A stretch of 64,000 bases of DNA. It comes from Piromyces finnis finn. Its lineage: Eukaryota > Fungi > Neocallimastigomycota. This document shows, one piece after another, positions 13,843 through 27,537 of the stretch. The stretch covers positions 434,001 through 498,000 of the forward strand of contig MCFH01000031.1 in NCBI GenBank assembly GCA_002104945.1, read 5' to 3'. The notes beneath the pieces are model-generated. The model was not told the DNA's origin. It ran no database searches and saw only the letters and a program-made list of their open reading frames with translations. Within the stretch, counting starts at the first letter, position 1; each line of letters opens with the position of its first letter. A program made the position numbers and the translations under genes.

Positions 13843-15014
13843 ATGTTAATTATTGGTTTAACAGGTAAATAGACAGAATATAATATAGAAGCATATATAT
13901 ATTCATATTATGTAGTAATTTAAAATGTTATTAACAAAATGTTATAATAAAAAAAAATACTAAATGAAAACATAAAAATAATAAATTAAAATTTTTAAAA
14001 AAAAAAATTAAATTTCACATTTTACATTTCTATTTGATTAATTTATTAATTTTAATTTAATATTAAAACAATTTATTGGTATTTCATATAAAAGGTGGTA
14101 TTGCTACTGGAAAAAGTAGTGTTTCAAGTTACATTAAGGAAAAAAAAATTCCAATTGTCGATGCTGATAAAATTGCTCATGATGTTTTAAAAAATAAAAA
14201 TGTTATAAAAAGAATTATTAAGGAATTTGGAGAACAAGTCATTGACAATACTACAGGGGAAGTTATTAGATCGAAATTAGGTAAGTATTACGTAAAAACA
14301 AATAAAATTTCATAAAATGTGGTTATATTATAATACTAGTCCAGTATTAATTAAAATTTTAAAATTTATAAAATTAATGTGAATAGGTGAAATTGTTTTC
14401 AGTAATGACCAAAAAAGAAAAGCTCTTAATGGCATTACCCATCCAAAAATTAAAATGGAGATGTTTACTCAAGTTTTATATAATTTCTTAATTGGTCAAA
14501 GAATTGTAATTATGGACGTTCCATTACTTTTCGAATCAGGTACTTATCATTTTGTTAATAAAACCGTCGTAGTTTCCTGGTAAGTTTTTTCTTTGATTAA
14601 TTGTCTGTTTATTTCATAAAATGCAATGTTATGTTAAAAATGCAGATAAAATATAACTCAACTACTGTTTATCAAAAATTAATATTAATATTATATATAT
14701 ATAATTATTAATAATATATAATAATATATAGCTCAAAAGAAAATCAATTAACTCGTTTAATGAAACGTAATAACTTTAATGAAGAAGAAGCTAAAGCTAG
14801 AATTAACTCTCAAATGAGTTTAGAAGAAAAAATAAAGAAAGCTAATATAGTTATTGATAATAATGAAACACTTGCTGAAACCGAAAAGCAAGTAGATGAT
14901 ATGCTTGAAAAATATACACCTTCTAAATTTAAAAATGCAGCTTTATATACATTACTTATCATACCAGCTGCAACAGCTTATGGAGTTTTAAAAGGAATTT
15001 CATTCTTTTATTAG
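13843..15014 (+). CDS. CAB5: Dephospho-CoA kinase (CoaE/Cab5/DCAKD family) with a C-terminal hydrophobic anchor
   Basis: Exons 13843-13864, 14095-14280, 14387-14579 and 14732-15014 splice in frame. They give MLIIGLTGGIATGKS (P-loop), IVDADKIAH, NGITHP, MDVPLLFES and RINSQMSLEEK. Confidence 0.93.
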
Positions 15015-16501
15015 ATTTTTTAAACAAAAAATAATAATAATAAAACTATTATTATTTTTTACATATAGAAGAAGTGGAAAAAAATAAAAAAAAAAAATAA
15101 AATAAAATAAAAAGTTAGTTTTGTAATTATAATATGGATATCGTTCATTTTTGGTAAAATATAAAATTTAAGAAAATAATAAAGAAAAAAAAACATTTAT
15201 TAGTTAGATACATCAAACTAATAATAACAATAATAATCATATATGTAAATAATAAATATCAATATGAATTAATGAATAAAAATAATATTATTTGATTTCA
15301 CAAAGATTAATATTAACACTTAAATAAAAATTGTTCAAAGGTTCAATGGTTTATACATATATAAATATCTGACTATATTTAAAATAAATTGCCTTGTTGA
15401 TATTATACAATTATTATATCAATTATATTCATGTGTATAAATAAATCTCTTCAATTATAAAATGAATTTGATTGGATAGTTTTTAATTAACATATTTATA
15501 AAAGTTTTATTTAAAATTTTATTTTTTATGTTCTCTTTACACAAAAAAAAAAAAAAAAAGAAAAATATTAAGTATTCGGTTTATGTTAATATAAATAAAT
15601 AATTTTTATAAAAAGAATATTTAATATAAGATTATAATAATAATTAAAATAATAATAATAATAATAACCCACTTTTAAGTCAGTACATTAATTTAAAATT
15701 GAATCATAATTTTTGTGTGTTACAAAAGTGGAAAATTAAATTTTATTTCTAACTGAATGTATTTGTTTTAAGTACATTCGATAAGAAATAAGCTGTTTTT
15801 TTCAATTATATGAAAGGATATATTTTCTATCTAATAGAAAATTCTTTATACAAGATTGTATTCTTTTGGTTATTGAAAAAAATGAACATTTTAAAATTAT
15901 AAAAATGATTTATAGATCATGATTATATACTGTATAATTTTATTAAAGAATATAAATGTTTTTTCATCTGATTTCATAATATATAATTTATTATATGATT
16001 ATCGGTTGTTGAATAATGATTAATTTGTATTGTTTATACTAAATTTTATAATTTATAAAACATTGGATAAGTCTTTATTAAATAAATAATTAAATTTATA
16101 AGCAATTTAGAAAGTCCTTATTTGTAATTTTCTATTTTAAAAGTAAATGTTGATCAATTCATTTGAAATGTGTTTCAAAAATATTAACACTTTTTTTTTC
16201 ATTTTTTTTTTAAAATAATATTAGTTTCTTTTTTAAAATCTGCATAAAAAATATATATATATTGTATTTAATTATTAGTTAATTGGTACCTATACAAATG
16301 TTCAATTGATGAAATTAAAAGAAAAAACTATTATTTATTAAGTTGTTTATTATTTATTTACTTATTTTTATACACTATATAATATAATAAAAATATGTTT
16401 AGATAGAAGTAAAAATAGTAAATAGATCATACAACATTATCATTTAATTAAATAATGTAACAAAAAATTGTAAAGAAAGAACTATATTTTATTTCTCACA
16501 T

Positions 16502-18817
16502 TCACTGTCTTATAGAATTATTTACAGTGTTTCTTTGAGCAGATTGACTTTTGGGTTTTATATCCATCTTTTCATTCAAACTTTTTCTTTTCTGGGCAGA
16601 AGAGGATGTCATTTTTTTAGTATAAGGTGAAAAATCTTCTTGATGACTAGAAGCTTTGTAAAATGATGAAACTACATTTTCTTGATGTCTAGAAGATGAC
16701 GATGTACGACGAGTTTCCATTCTATTGGCTTCTCTATGACCTTTTCTTTCTTCATTCCTTGATGTCATAGATTGAAGAGGATATTGTTTTTCCTTTGTCT
16801 TAATTTCATTTCTATGTTTGTCAACTTTAACTTCTTCATATTCAATTTCATTACCATTTTCATCAACCTCAACTTCCTGTTCTTCATACTCTATAATATT
16901 ACCATCTTGATCAATTTCACGTTTAATAATTCTTCCAGAGCCATTCACAGCATTATTTTTTTCTGATGGTAGTATGATTTCATTACCATCTTCATCTACT
17001 TCAACTTCTTGTTCTTCATACTCAATAATATTACCATCTTGATCAATTTCACGTTTAATAATTCTTCCAGAGCCATTCACAGCATTATTTTTTTCTGATG
17101 GTGGTATGATTTCATTGCCATCTTCATCTACTTCCACTTCAATTTCTTCATATTCTATTTCATTACCATCCTCATCTACTTCAATTTCTTCTTCAACCTC
17201 AATTTCTTCTTCTTCTTCTTCTTCTTCTTCTTCTAAATGATCATGAATACTATTATTTGATTTCACTACTTCTTTTGTAGTACTATTATTAATATTACCT
17301 TCATTCATTATTTGACTTCCTTGCATTATTGAATTTTCATATTCAAAAAGATCAGTTTCACTTTCTTCATTAATCTCACTGGTTGAACTTAATTCACTAA
17401 TTAAAGCTAATTCACTGACATCATCACCACTAATATTAAATTCATTTTTACTATAGAGTGAAGAGGACTCATCATTGGTCATTTTCGTTGATTTTCCATT
17501 ATTTGAAAAAAATGATTGTATTTCACTTTGATTTTGATATTGTTGTTGTTGATGCGTGAAATTTTCTTCGGGTGCTTTGTCAGATTCAATTAGAGAGACA
17601 CTAGAAATACTTTCACTTAAATCACTACTTGCTCTTTGAATGCTTTGATCTTCCTTAACTCCCTTCACCGATTGTTCATGTAAGGATACATCGGAAATAC
17701 TTTCATCAATACTACCATTTGCTCTCTGTATATCTTGTTCTTCTTCCTCTTCCTCTTCCTCTTCTTCTTCTTCTTTTATCTCAAATGAATCATCATTATC
17801 GTCCTTTTCAATATCAACATTAATATCACTTTCTTCTTCTTTCATATCGTCGTCTTCATGACTTAAATTATTTTGACTCATGGATTGAGAAATATCATCA
17901 TTTTCTATGAAATCATCTTGAATTTCTTTAATTTTATGATCATCACTTTCAATAGATGATTCTATTTGACTATCATTTTTTAATATGCTACCAACAACAG
18001 CATTATATTCATCTTTTACTTCTTCATTTAAATTTTCGGTAAAATCAAGAACTCCTCTTTCAAATTCATTACTCTCATATAATCCGCCGTTATCTTCTTC
18101 CATAAAATTATTAATCGATAAATTTTGTTCATTAACTTCTTCTTCATCAACATGATTATCTATTTCTTTAAGAATTTCATTATTTTCAATTATTTTTTCT
18201 TCTATTTTTTCTTTTTCTTCTTCTTCTTTTTCTTCATTATTATTATTGTTATTATCAGATTTACTACCGATAAAAGTTGATTTCACACTATTAATAATCA
18301 ATTTCAAGCTACTACTTGACTTTACCATTGAATTTTTATCATCTTCATTTTTTGTATCAAGATCGGTTACTTTATCATTTTCAACATGAACGACTTCCCA
18401 ATCGCTTTCACTATCATAATCACTATCATCAAGAGCTTGATCTTCATTATCAACAATATCCTCAAGTATTTTTTTTTTATGTTCAAATTCTTCTTCGGTG
18501 AGATCATCAATAAATTCAATATATTCGGGATACATTTTTCCTGCTTTACTTTTTGCTACGTCAAATGTCATTAAATTATCTTCCGTTAAAACTACAATCA
18601 TTCGAATAATAGATTCTATCTTTGTATTCTCTTCAATCATTTTCATGTTATGAAGAATACCTTTAGTACTTAATAATCCATTGGTTATACTATGATTATT
18701 ACTTATATCAATTAAATAGTCAGCTAATTCTTTAACAACATTGCTTTGGAAAGAATCTACATTAATCGGTGTCTAAATAAATTTTATTTTTAGAAAAAAT
18801 GAAGAATAAGGAGAAAA

Positions 18818-18864
<47 letters not shown>

Positions 18865-19960
18865 GTAAATAAAAAGTAAATAAAAAAAATGGGAAATAAT
18901 ATATATATGTGAGTGTGTGTGATGTATAAAAGTTAGTAAATATTTAATATGTAATAGAAAATATGTTTTATTCTATATATATGATTTATGTTGAATTAAT
19001 TAAATTCTAATAATATAATTATTGTACCTTTTCTGTGATTAATAAACTCTTTCTATAGCCAATACTTATAAAATTAAGCCAATCTTTTAAACATTGATCA
19101 TTAATATTAGAATGAGTATCATTAATTTTTGATAATTGAATAACAGTTGTTAAATCCTTAATTGTTGAAGATTCATAAAATTGAATAGAAGATTTTTTAG
19201 TATTGAAAGATCCATTTTCTAAAGAATGATCAAAAATAACCGGATTAACATGATAAAGGCATGGAAAAGAATTCACTTCTTCATTTTTCAAGAAATAAAG
19301 AGAACGAATATTTGGAATTTTTTTAAAGCAAGAAAATTTAGATGAAGATGGTGAAGTAGGACTTTGTGGTGACATTAAATCAAGCATATTTTGTTGAAAA
19401 TATAAAATTTGTTGATATTTTACTTGATTATTAATATAATTTATTATGTCTAAATAATTATATTCAGTGGGATGATCTCTCATTTCTAAATGAAGAAGAA
19501 ATGATTGACCTGTTGATACAGTTACCAATGATGGAATGTCAGTATCGGAAGTGGAAACATAACAAATACAATCTAAAACGAAGGTTTTATTTTCATTTAA
19601 TTTTGGATCGGTAAAACGATTAAAAATATTATTCGTTTTATAATGTTTAGCACCACCACTATACTTATTAGGAAAAGTTGGTGATGTTGCTGAAAACTGA
19701 TTCTCCCCACTATTAGATAATGAGTAAGACGGAAATCCTTGATCCATCTTTTTAATAAATTCAATAGAACGAATTCTAGGGGTTTTTTTACCTTCTTTAT
19801 CATAATTATAAATTGTATTTAATAAATCTATTAAATATTTTTCTCGTTTATCCTTTCCATTTTCAATAAATAATTTTTTAAAAATTAAATCAAATTTTGG
19901 TGAAAAAACTTTTTGATTCTTGGATGACTTTCTTTTCATTGAATTCATCTTTTCTATCAT
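16502..19960 (-). CDS. Rpn/PD-(D/E)XK (PDDEXK_2-like) nuclease-domain protein fused to a long acidic low-complexity tail, about 1067 aa in 2 exons
   Basis: The two track ORFs join. The donor AAG|GTACAA at 19028/19027 and acceptor TTTAG|ACA at 18773/18772 give a continuous frame (…LLITEK|TPINVDSF…GILHNMKMIEE…). The N-terminus has Rpn-family blocks FDLIFKKLF…LIDLLNTI, VLDCIC, LHLEMR and LKDWLNFI. Confidence 0.7.
16849..17170 (-). repeat. 132-bp (44-aa) coding tandem repeat, about 2.4 copies
   Basis: GATCAATTTCACGTTTAATAAT recurs at 16909 and 17041. The unit is EIIPPSEKNNAVNGSGRIIKREIDQDGNIIEYEEQEVEVDEDGN. Confidence 0.9.
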
Positions 19961-20854
19961 TATTATTATTCTTTTTTTTTTTTTTAATAATAATTAATAA
20001 ATTAATAATATTGTATATTTTACAAGGAAAAAAAAAAAAAAAAAGAAAGAATAAATTTGTATATTAACAGAAATGAAGTTGTTATAAATTTTCTTTTTTT
20101 TTTTTTTTTTTTTTTTTTAATCTTTTAAATACATATATACATAAATGTCTTATTTCTTTTAATGATGTTTCAGATACATTAAATTTGCATAGGTTGTGAT
20201 GAATTTTTTAACTTTTTATAAATAACCTTCGAAATAGGTTTCTTTTTTTTTTTTTAATTAAAAAATGATTTTATTGAAAAACTTAATAAAATAATAATAT
20301 AATTTCTTATTAATAATATTTATTACACTTTGAATAAAAATAGTAAAACTTAATTTTAATTTCCAAATTAAAATAAAAAAAAATACATTATTCTATTTAA
20401 AAATATATTTATTTTTTTTTTTTGGATAATTCATTTTTATTTTATTAATTACTTTGATTTATGATGAATACGATAAATAAGTAAAAAAAGATGCATATAA
20501 AATAAAAGAAAAAATAAATTTATTACTGTTATTTTGCTATTTGTAAATAAATGTTATAATGCAAATGCAAATTGTTGTTATTTTATTTCAACTTTGTTAT
20601 AGTTTTTAGTAATATTTAAGCATTTTATTTGAAGTCTCATTATATTCATTATATGAGATATGCATATGTAAATAGTATGTACTAGTTTATCAAAGAAAAC
20701 TTATATTACATTAAAATTTGTAAAATTTAATTAAGATTTTATTAATTGATAGACTTTCGGTATATAATTTAATTGAATAAGAAAAAGTTTCTATGGTTAA
20801 AAAATTTAAAAATTGTTTATAATAAAATTAATAAAATTATATATTTTTTCATCA

Positions 20855-20887
<33 letters not shown>

Positions 20888-21023
20888 ATTCTTTTGAAAA
20901 ATAATTAACATTAACAAAAAAAAAAGAAAAGAAAAAGAAAAAGAAATAAGTAGCGAAATACTTAAATAAAAACTAAACTTAAAATATTGATTGAAAAAAT
21001 TTTACATAAAAAAGTCTTATCAA

Positions 21024-21052
<29 letters not shown>

Positions 21053-21054
<2 letters not shown>

Positions 21055-22207
21055 GAATGAACAAAGGAAAGACCTTTTAAAAATATTATTAATTATTTTC
21101 CTGGTAATGAAAAATAAAATAGAGAATAATCTAATACAAATAATTTTATATTTTTTAATAAATACAGCATTTACATATTTAATAGATTTTATTATTAATT
21201 TTTTTTAACTTTTTTTTTTTTTTTTTTTGGAATATTAGGTTACCTCGGTAATTAGTGGTAATTTATTAGGTGCATGTATCAGTGGAATTGGACTCTATGG
21301 AGTACAGAATGTAATTTTTTTTAAACTCTTCCTTTCTCTATTTTTATTTTTTAACTTGATATATAATAATTTATATGAATTGATTTTCTTAGTTATAATG
21401 ATATATTAAAATGTATCTTTTTTAAAATATATATAAATATATATATTATAATTTATAAAGAATAATATGGATATGATAAAAATGATATTAATTCCATTTA
21501 TTATAGAAATTGTATTACTATTATTCATTATCTTTGGATTGTTTATGGGAATAGTATCAGTCTCAGCTGTATCAAATGATGAAGATGAGACAAGAATTAT
21601 TTTAAGTATTCTTATTTCATTTACTGTTATGATTCTTATATTTACTATTTTCCAGGTATAGTAGATATATTTTTTATACTAGCTAGTTATTATAAATTGA
21701 ATAGATCAAAATAATAATAATAATAATTTTAATAAATTAATTAATTATTATCAAAAATTTTCATTTTTATCTTAGATTTTCATTGTTTACTTTATAAATA
21801 AATTCATTAATGAAATTTATTATAATAATAATAATAACAACGACAACAACATTAATAATAACAATAATAATAATAATGTAAATAATGATTTTAATAACAA
21901 TAATTATAATAATAAACTCAATGCAATGAATAATGAAAACCAAACAATTCAAAATACAAATATTTATAATGTTGAACCATCGACTGTATCAACTCCACCA
22001 CCACTACCACCTCACCCACAACAACAACCAATGAGCCCAGAACAACAATACGGTCAATATAACCAATATGGTCAATATGGTCAATATGGTCAAATGCCGG
22101 CATATCCAATGTATCCTTCAATAAATGAAACATATCCACCACCAGGTGAAGTTCCACCACCATATGTTAACAATCCTAATATTAAAGTTAGCGATGAAAA
22201 ACAATAA
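21053..22207 (+). CDS. 4-TM membrane protein with Pro/Gln/Tyr-rich cytosolic tail (paralog 1 of array)
   Basis: Phase-0 exons 21053-21103, 21239-21310, 21461-21655 and 21776-22207 splice in frame. There are four hydrophobic segments, and the tail has QYG repeats and VPPPYV. Confidence 0.75.
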
Positions 22208-23949
22208 ACTTTTTAAAAAATATAAAAGATAGAATATATAAGTTTTTCTAATTAATATCTATCTCAAAATTATAAATATAGTTTCATTATTATCCCAACT
22301 ATTATTACAATTTTCTTATAGTTATTGAAGTTTTTATAATATATACTTATACTTTTAAATAATAATATAATAGTAATTATAAGGAGAAAACTATAGTATT
22401 AAGTATTTAAAATGTCATTTTAAATGCTTATATCATTTATTTAATAAAAATAAAATAACTTTGTAATTAAAATGTTTATAAAATAACATACTTTATTCAT
22501 ATTTTTACTTATATTTATAATATGAAATTTTAAATAAAATAATAGTTTAAAAAATAAATATTAGCACACTGTATCCAAAAAAAAGAGAAAAAAAGATGCA
22601 AACCAATATCAATATAAATAATAATGAATAATAATATAGAAATAGATAGATGAATTTAAAAGATATTTATAATTAGAATTCAAATATATAAGTAATAAAT
22701 ATTAAATATTAAATATGTATATGTATATACTTTTATTTTTTATCTAATAAAAAAATTAAACTATATCAAATATTTATAGTTAAAAAAAAAAAAAAAAAAA
22801 AAAAGGCATTCATAATATTTTCAAATTTTACTCTATTAATAGATTGTAATTATATAAAGGTATAAGTATCATGTTATCCCACATCTTTCATTTTTACATG
22901 TGCTTATTGCAATTTTAATTTAAAAAAATTTCTTTGGTATTGTTACACAAAACTTGTTATATTCACCTTTTAAAAATTAATTAAAAATGAAAAGTTTTAG
23001 ATATTATAAAAATAGAAAATAAAAGATTTATTTATAATGTTTGTAAAATAGCTTATTATTATAAATTAGTGTGATGTTTTCATTAATTTATTATTGTTGT
23101 TATTATAAAGTAAAATAATGTTATTTTATTTATATTCATTATTAATTAATCCTTTTTTTTTTTTTTTAATGATATTAAAATAAATTAGTAATTCAACCAT
23201 CAAAATTAAATTAATTTTTAATAACAATAAATAAAGAATATTCATTTTATAATAATATTAAAATAAATAATATATAAATTAAAGTTAAATATTTTTATCA
23301 AATTTCACTTTAAAAAATGAAAATTTTGTTTATATTATAAAGTATCAATTATATAATAATAATAATAGTAGTAGTAATAATCAATCCTTTCTTGTTTGTT
23401 TTTTCAATCTTTTACTATTAAATATAATAAAATATAATAAAATAAAATAAAATATTATATATTTTAATGCATTTAGTTTGTTTTTTTTTCTAAAATATTC
23501 ATTTATAAAATTTCTGGTTCTTTCTTTTTATTAAATATATTTATATTAATAATTAATAAATTAAAAAGTATGCTATTGGTTTATTTTAATTGAGTTATAT
23601 TTTTTTTACTATTATCAAAAAATAAAGTTTTCAATGATTAATAATTATATATAAAAGGTATCTTTTTCTTTCTATATTTTAAATTTTAAAAAAAAAAAAA
23701 AATACGTACAAATACAGCAAACAAACAAAAATTGAAATTAAGAAAGAAATAAACGGAAACGAAAGAATTTATTATTGGGATTATTGATATTATTATTATA
23801 TTTCTTATTTAAATTTATTAATAATTCAATAATATAATAAGTTAATATTATATATAAATACAAATTAAAAAATAAAAGCATTTAAAAAATTATTAGAAAA
23901 AAACAAGAGTTTAAAAAAAAAGTCAAATCTTAAAAGTATAAAGTAAAAA

Positions 23950-24230
23950 ATGGAAATTACACAAAAAATAAAATTAATAAGAGTGGTGATAGTAATAACA
24001 ATGGTAATGAAATATAAAAATGTTATAAATATTAAAAAGTAATATAAAAAATTATTAATAAGAAATTATTATTACTATTTTATTATCTTTAGTTTCTATC
24101 CTATCCATACCTTTCTTTTTATGGAATAATATTATCAGCAATAATATTATACGGACTTAATAAAGTAAATTTAATATATAATATTATAAAACATTATAGA
24201 AATGGAATTATAATTATTAATAAAATTGAA

Positions 24231-24261
<31 letters not shown>

Positions 24262-25670
24262 AATAGGGAAGTGTTTTTTTATTTAAATTTGCTTATATTG
24301 TATACATCATTCAAACTATAGTACAGATATCTGTTTTCATTAAACTTATTGCTGTACTATTCGATTCAGAAAATACACAATATGCCGATATGTTAAAATT
24401 AAATAAATATAATAAACCAAAGTTAATTGCATCTGCTGTATATTCCGGATTGTATATTTTGTTAATGGTAATTATATATGAATAAATATAATAATATATA
24501 TAATGAATTAATTAAATGATAATAATGATACTAATTTTTTTTTAATATGTTTTCATTATATAGCTATTCCTTATAATTAATTTTTATATATTAGCAAATA
24601 AATCAACTGGTAATAACCTAATTTTCTAATAATATTTTTTTCAAATAAATGAGAAAAAAAAAAAAACAATTTCTCAATTTTATTTATATTAAAATTTTAC
24701 AAGTCATTAAATTATCTAAAATTCTATTTTATTAAACATTTATATATATATATTTATATGTTTTTAAAAATTTAATAAAAAAAATGTCTATACAGAATAC
24801 ATTGCTGACTCTAATATTACAAATGAATATATAAATCAAAATGTTCAATCAGATGATTTGCCAGCTTATACACCAGAAGCTAATATTTTACCACCATATT
24901 CACCACCATTATCAACCTCAAATTTAAATAACAATAATAGTAATAACAATAGTAATAATCTTCAAATGATAAATAACACTATGAATAATAGTTCAATTTT
25001 ACCATATCCACCCACAAATGATGAAGTAAATACAAATACAAATCCATTTATTTCATATCCACCACCCCCATCACCACCAAGTCAAACTATCCCTGTACCT
25101 ATGCCAATTGTTTCATATCCACCATCATCCCAACCAAATCAAGCTATGAATATACCTATATCTATGCCAATGAATAATACTTCATTGCCGTACCCTTCTT
25201 ATGGTACTGTACCTATAAATAGAAATATTGTATTATCAGCAAATGATAATAGTACCCTATCATCAAATAATCCATTTATTATTGAATGCCCCCCTCAAAG
25301 AAATTCTCTTGAAGATTTAAATGGAAATAGTACAACGGTTAATAATATTAATAATACTAGCAATGATATTTCACCATATCCACAAAATGATGATGATGCC
25401 TCTATTATTATTATGCCAATTAAAGAAGTGCCATACTTACCAGAACAGTTAACTACACCAGTCAATATAAATGCTACTGAAAATGAATCAAATGTGCAAC
25501 TTAATACAAATACTAGAATACATAACTCTCACTCAAATATATCCACAAATGATGATTTTACATCTGTGGATATAACTACCGTACTTCCTAGTGAAGTTTT
25601 GCATAATAACAATGCAAATGCACAACATAATAATCAATTAGCATCACCACCACCATATTCACATTATTAA
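23950..25670 (+). CDS. 4-TM membrane protein with long Pro-rich PY-motif tail (paralog 2)
   Basis: Exons 23950-24003, 24093-24164, 24267-24467, 24564-24609 and 24796-25670 splice in frame. The tail has LPAY, LPPY and terminal SPPPYSHY. Confidence 0.75.
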
Positions 25671-26340
25671 AATATATATTTATATATTGACCTATTAATA
25701 TTATTGTTACAGCATTCATTATACATAACTAGTAATAATATCATCCTTATAACATTCACATAGATAAACTTTATTAATATTATTATTATAACATTCACAT
25801 TAGATAAATTTATGAATAATATTTTATTATAGCATTTATTATTATATATCTTATATATCTTATATTTTATTACATTATATTACTATCATTAGCAATAAAA
25901 TTAATATAGTTTTTATTCTATCAAAACATGCAAAATATGTTGTAAATAAAATTTTATATCACAACGTAATTTTTTATATTGCTTTAAAAATTGATAATAT
26001 GTTCTTTTCTAGAAATTTAACATTTATCCATTATTAGTTGGCATAATAATAATAGATAAATATACATAATTATCTATTATGAAGATAAATATATAATTAT
26101 AAAATAATTGTATATTTATCCTCTTTTATTTCCCGTTATTAAAAAAAAGAACATTTTAGACATTTAAAAAAAATCTTGATATTCTATAGTATATTATATA
26201 TTATATATTATACTAAATAAAAAACTTAAGAAATAATATATGGATTATATATATAATTCATATATTATTTCTTAAGTTTTTTATTTAAATGCCCTAATAA
26301 ATAAGATTAATTTATTATAAATAAAATTTATTGGCTCTCT

Positions 26341-26344
<4 letters not shown>

Positions 26345-26377
<33 letters not shown>

Positions 26378-26379
26378 AT

Positions 26380-26410
<31 letters not shown>

Positions 26411-26419
26411 TTCATTCAT

Positions 26420-26451
<32 letters not shown>

Positions 26452-26470
26452 ATTTATTTATTTATTTATT
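26345..26470. repeat. Imperfect (TTTA)n microsatellite
   Basis: Direct reading, with a few interruptions. Confidence 0.9.
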
Positions 26471-27537
26471 TTGCAATTAAGATACTTTTTTTTTTTGTAA
26501 CTTTTCAACCATATATTATATTAGAATTTTTTTTCAAGTCTATAATATAATAGAGCATATAAAAAAAAAGTAAAAATAATTTAATTTTTATTAGTATTTT
26601 ATTAGTGTTTATATACAATTATTATATGAAGAAATTAAATAAAATATATATATAATGGAAAAAAAAAAGTTAATACTTTATTATAACGGAAGTGGATTAT
26701 GATTATTATAGTTTTTTAAATATTATATATGTAATATATAATAAATATATTTACTTTTCAATTAATATAGAATAATGTTTTAAAGTTTTTATATTATTAT
26801 TACTAAATAAAATAATATTGTTATTCATTGTGGTGGTTGTGATAATTGTAATATTAAATATAATTATTAAATAGTACTTTTTTATTATTCAATTATTCAA
26901 TTTTATTCTTAATTATTTTTACTAAACTTTTATTATTATCTATTTATTATTTTACCAAGAACTTTGATCAAATGTCACTCGTATTTATAAATAGAATTAT
27001 AATTGCATATAAAAAAGCTTAACATTAATTAAATATTTTTCTATCTGAATTTCATTAATTAAACACATAAATTTCTTGGAATTTAATATTAGCTTTATTA
27101 AAAATTTATCCAAAAAATTAATTAAATTTTTAACATAAAACTTAGCATTATAAAAATCGTAAAAAAAACTATATTTTTTTTATTTATTTCCTTCTTCTTT
27201 TTTTAATTAACTTCATTTTTTTATAGAATTTCATAATAGTATTTAATGCCCTTTTATAGACAACACTATAATAAAATAATATAAATAAAATATATATACA
27301 GCTTATAGCATAATAATTATGTATGAATAAAAAAAAACTTCTATAAAAAAAAAGAAATTTAAATTAAAAAAAAAAAATAAAATAAAGCATTTTGAAATAT
27401 TGAAGAAATATTAAAAACGTCTTTTAATTCACTATAACAGCCATTAATACATCCAGTTCAAAAAATATCTTAATTTGAAATAAAAAATAAATTTCCGAAA
27501 TATATATATGTTTATAAAAATAAATAAAATGTTAAAT

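Noticed and set aside
25748-25810. ~22-bp direct repeat (TATAACATTCACAT-AGATAAA); another pair at ~13292-13385
   Set aside because: Only two AT-rich copies, consistent with local slippage duplication. Not CRISPR-like and no spacers.
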